NCBI GenBank assembly: GCA_963665235.2
Contig: CAXXLX010000001.1
Span: 4,128,001 to 4,192,000 of the forward strand
DNA length: 64,000 bases
Direction of reading: 5' to 3'
Source: Candidatus Poribacteria bacterium
GTDB lineage: Bacteria; Poribacteria; WGA-4E; WGA-3G
The position numbers and the translations under genes were made by a program. This document shows positions 60,878 to 64,000 of this stretch, piece by piece. The stretch's first letter is position 1; each line of letters starts with the position of its first letter. A model generated the notes under the pieces. The model was not told the origin of the DNA, did not search any database, and was given only the letters and a program-made list of their open reading frames with translations.

Positions 60878-61882
60878 ATGAAAATCACACAAATTGAGGT
60901 TATCAAGGTCAGGGTACCGTATCACGACGGCATTTATGAACTGATGACACGGCGTAATCTTTACCAAATCGACTACGTCTACAAGGTGCACACTGATGCA
61001 GGACTCATCGGAATTGGGGATGGCCATTTCCAATCAGATGAGGTGGTTCAACGGTACATCGGTCGGAGCCCCTTTGAGTTCATGAACGGCTGGGCACCGA
61101 CACCGCTTCAGCAAGCTTTTTACGACATCATGGGCAAATCGCTCGGGGTCCCGGTTCATCAACTTTTAGGTGAAAAGGTTCACGATAAAACATCGTTTGG
61201 CTATTGGTCTATCGACATGACACCAGAGGAGTGGGCGGCAGAGGCGAAACATGCTTATTCGCTTGGGTATAGACTTCACAAAATCAAGGCGCGTCCCTGG
61301 TTCGAAGTGCTTGAGCAGGTAGAAGCAATTACGGCGGTTGTGCCAGATGATTTTCAACTTCGTGTTGATGCCAATGATTCGTTTGAGACCCCAGCAAACA
61401 CGCTTGAGGTTATCCGGCAACTTGAAGGTTACAACATAGAGTCGTTTGAGACCCCGATTCCGCAGCGGGATATCGCGGGTTATCAGGAAATCAAGCAGCA
61501 TACGGACATGCCGATAACAATTCATTTTGGCAATCCGGATCCGGTTGAAGCGATTCGTGCAAAGATGAACGATTCGTTTATTATCGCGTATCCAGATTCG
61601 CGTGCTGCTAACGCGAGACGGGAGGCGATTATTTCAGCGGCTGCGCATCTTCCGGTGTGGATACAAATCGTTGGGCTCGGCATTACCACCTGCTATGTCA
61701 TGCACCTTGCAGCGGTCATGCCGAATGCGACAATGCCAGCGATAACACTAAACGCCTTACGTGCGTTCGACATCGTCACCCCCTCAACGATACCGCTTGT
61801 TGATGGTTACGCAACTATACCGGACGAACCCGGATTAGGCGTTGAATTGGATGAGGACGCGCTTGATAACTGCCGCGTTTAA
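60878..61882 (+). CDS. Mandelate racemase/muconate-lactonizing enzyme family protein
   Basis: TDAGLIGIG, KIK, RVDAN, FETP, PDEPGLGVELD. Confidence 0.88.
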   Translation: MKITQIEVIKVRVPYHDGIYELMTRRNLYQIDYVYKVHTDAGLIGIGDGHFQSDEVVQRYIGRSPFEFMNGWAPTPLQQAFYDIMGKSLGVPVHQLLGEKVHDKTSFGYWSIDMTPEEWAAEAKHAYSLGYRLHKIKARPWFEVLEQVEAITAVVPDDFQLRVDANDSFETPANTLEVIRQLEGYNIESFETPIPQRDIAGYQEIKQHTDMPITIHFGNPDPVEAIRAKMNDSFIIAYPDSRAANARREAIISAAAHLPVWIQIVGLGITTCYVMHLAAVMPNATMPAITLNALRAFDIVTPSTIPLVDGYATIPDEPGLGVELDEDALDNCRV

Positions 61883-61895
61883 AACTGCTTATAGT

Positions 61896-62127
61896 CGCGT
61901 GCACAGCACGCTCCTACAGAGGAATATCGCGTGCACGCGCTCCTACAGAGGAATATGCACAGCACGCTCCTACAGAGGAATATCGCGTGCACAGCACGCT
62001 CCTACAGAGGAATATCGCGGGCACAGCACGCTCCTACAGAGGAATATCGCGTGCACAGCACGCTCCTACAGAGAAATATCGCGTGCACAGCACGCTCTTG
62101 AGGAGCGGGCTGTTTGCCCGAATACTA
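61896..62127 (-). repeat. Tandem array of 32-bp GTAG-REP units
   Basis: CGCGTGCACAGCACGCTCCTACAGAGGAATAT about seven times, two with internal deletions. Confidence 0.9.
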
Positions 62128-62170
62128 GAAGAAAACCAAGACAGACGCAAATAAGGGAGACATACACACA

Positions 62171-62938
62171 ATGAAAACAACTATTTTGTGTTTAACCATA
62201 CTAATTGCTGGTGCAGTATTTTCTGCACACGCAGCGAAACTCGGTTTAGCAAGCGCGTGGTTATTTGAAGAAAATGGTGGCAAGGTCGTCAAAGATGTTG
62301 TTAGTGGACACGATGGCGAGATTAAAGGTTCGCTGAAGTGGGTGGGTGACGGTAAATTTGGCAAAGCGTTGGAATTCCCGGGCAAGGGAGATAGTTATAT
62401 TCGCATTGACCACGCCGATGTTTTCAACGCCGACCCCTATACATTCGTCGCATGGGTTAAATTGGAAGCTACCACCTGGCAGTACATCGTCTGGCGAAAT
62501 GGCGAAATTTGGCCCGAACCACAGCTTGTACGGCATCTGGATATATGGATTCACGAAAAGCACTTTCCGGTGTTTATGTGGCACGTCAAAGGTGAAGTTG
62601 GGCGGCTTGAGAGTAAGACGGTCATCGCTGACGGTACGTGGCACCACATCGCTAAGGTCTACGATGGCAAAAATATTCAGATGTTCATTGATGGCAAATT
62701 GGATGGTGAAAAATCGAGTGGCGGAACATTGGATACCAGCAAATCCCCCATCTGGATAGGCGCGCGCCCTGGCAATATTGCTGCAACAGGGCTCTTTGAC
62801 GAGGTCGGTTTCTTCACAAAAGCCCTCTCTAAAGCACAACTCAACGGGGTCATGAATAACGGATTAGCAGATTATGCCGCTGTTGAGGCAGCAGGAAAAG
62901 CAACGACTACCTGGGGATTTCTGAAAACAAGCTACTAA
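62171..62938 (+). CDS. Secreted LamG-like jellyroll protein with C-terminal TTTWG..K motif
   Basis: Signal peptide, GKFGKALEF, WHHIA, FIDG, DEVGFF, AVEAAGKATTTWGFLK. Confidence 0.9.
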   Translation: MKTTILCLTILIAGAVFSAHAAKLGLASAWLFEENGGKVVKDVVSGHDGEIKGSLKWVGDGKFGKALEFPGKGDSYIRIDHADVFNADPYTFVAWVKLEATTWQYIVWRNGEIWPEPQLVRHLDIWIHEKHFPVFMWHVKGEVGRLESKTVIADGTWHHIAKVYDGKNIQMFIDGKLDGEKSSGGTLDTSKSPIWIGARPGNIAATGLFDEVGFFTKALSKAQLNGVMNNGLADYAAVEAAGKATTTWGFLKTSY

Positions 62939-62941
62939 ATT

Positions 62942-63270
62942 ACTAAACTTTGGACAATTTTAGGGAGGCACAACGTTCTTGTCAAACGGATAGGTGGAAG
63001 GGTGGAAGCATGGAAGGGTGGAAGCGGGGAAGAGGGGTTTGACGCGCGGCAGAGATATGCTTAGCATCACAACCTTCTTGCTAACTGCCAACTGCCAATG
63101 GTTTCCAACATTCTATAAACATTCCGCCCCGCTGGGGAAACCGCCCTTTGGAAAACCCATCGAAGGAAACCATTTTTCTCTTTTCTCCTCCTTGTGTGAG
63201 GCACTTAGAGAAAAATCAGAGATGCTTTGAAAGCGGGGATCACGCTCACGGATATTGTCCAAACTATAGG
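62942..63270. mobile_element. MITE family B copy 2 with 8-bp target duplication ACTAAATT
   Basis: Ends ACTAAACTTTGGACAAT and ATTGTCCAAACTATAGG; TSD at 62934-62941 and 63271-63278. Confidence 0.85.
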
Positions 63271-63323
63271 ACTAAATTAAGAGGCACGTTAGTGTGCCGA
63301 AATAGAAATGGAGAAAATGGACT

Positions 63324-64000
63324 ATGCAAATGCACGTAGGTGGAGAATGGATTGACAAATCCAATAAAATTGATGTCGTGAGCCCGTTCGACGGTTCGGT
63401 TATTGATACCGTGCCGAAGGGGGATGTCAACGACGTTGAAACGGCTATTCAGACAGCAGAACGCGGCGCGAAAATCATGGCGGGGTTGACCGGCTATGAA
63501 CGTTACGAAATCTTGCGGAAAGTCGCGGACCTGATGGTAGAACGTGCGGATGAGCTTGCTGAGGTTATCACCCGGGAAGAGGGGAAAATTTTAGCAGAGG
63601 CAACCGTTGAATCCACACGCGCTTCCGAAATTATTGCCCTCTCTGCTGAGGAGGCGAAACGACTAACAGGTGAAACTATTCCGCTTGAAGGCGCGCCCGG
63701 TGTTAAAAACAAAATAGGTTTTACGGTACGCGTACCGTGCGGTATCGTTGTGGGCATTAGTCCGTTCAACTTTCCGCTGCATCTCGTCTGTCACAAGGCT
63801 GGCCCTGCTATCGCGGGTGGAAATGCTATTATTATTAAACCTGCTACGGATACCCCCCTCTCGGCACTGAAATTGGTGGAGCTCTTTCTGGAAGCAGGCA
63901 CACCGCCTGAAGCGATTCAGTGTATTACGGGCCCCGGGAGTGAAGTCGGAGATATGCTCTGCGCGGACCGCCGCGTACGGAAAATTACCTTTACAGGCAG
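63324..64000 (+). CDS. Aldehyde dehydrogenase family protein, runs off the window end
   Basis: Manual translation MQMHVGGEW..SPFNFPLHL..KPA..ITFTG. Confidence 0.88.
   Translation, partial: MQMHVGGEWIDKSNKIDVVSPFDGSVIDTVPKGDVNDVETAIQTAERGAKIMAGLTGYERYEILRKVADLMVERADELAEVITREEGKILAEATVESTRASEIIALSAEEAKRLTGETIPLEGAPGVKNKIGFTVRVPCGIVVGISPFNFPLHLVCHKAGPAIAGGNAIIIKPATDTPLSALKLVELFLEAGTPPEAIQCITGPGSEVGDMLCADRRVRKITFTG

Noticed and set aside
61896-62127. Possible CRISPR array or ORF 61842-62174
   Set aside because: Identical 32-bp tandem REP units; the ORF is a by-product of the repeat

Overview
Bacterial chromosomal window of a diderm organism, most consistent with Candidatus Poribacteria. This is an inference from the LamG protein ending AVEAAGKATTTWGFLK, BMC shell genes, and Rpn/Uma2/MNT-HEPN accessory genes. 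Housekeeping genes (hisD, murA, mfd, purF, purM, ligA, a uvrA-like gene, dppBC-like permeases) alternate with accessory blocks, and the intergenic spaces are crowded with REP-like hairpins, MITEs and short tandem repeats. Most notable: (1) an LptD whose beta-barrel carries a ~410-aa insert of nested parvulin (PpiC) domains at a predicted periplasmic turn, at the end of an mfd-ppiC-ppiC-surA cluster; (2) an operon of duplicated MNT-HEPN modules (one fused, one split exactly at an A_AAA_AAG -1 slippery site), a tandem active/degenerate YgxA-like nucleotidyltransferase and a divergent UvrA; (3) an Rpn nuclease followed by an orphan alternative C-terminal cassette; (4) two MITE families with demonstrable target-site duplications that carry REP cargo; (5) an unexplained ~214-bp structured repeat array; (6) an intact TnpB-only element, an orphan FliG-like gene, a mini BMC locus and a TonB-dependent receptor array. 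No rRNA, tRNA or CRISPR array was seen. All protein calls are from motif recognition by eye, with no database search.
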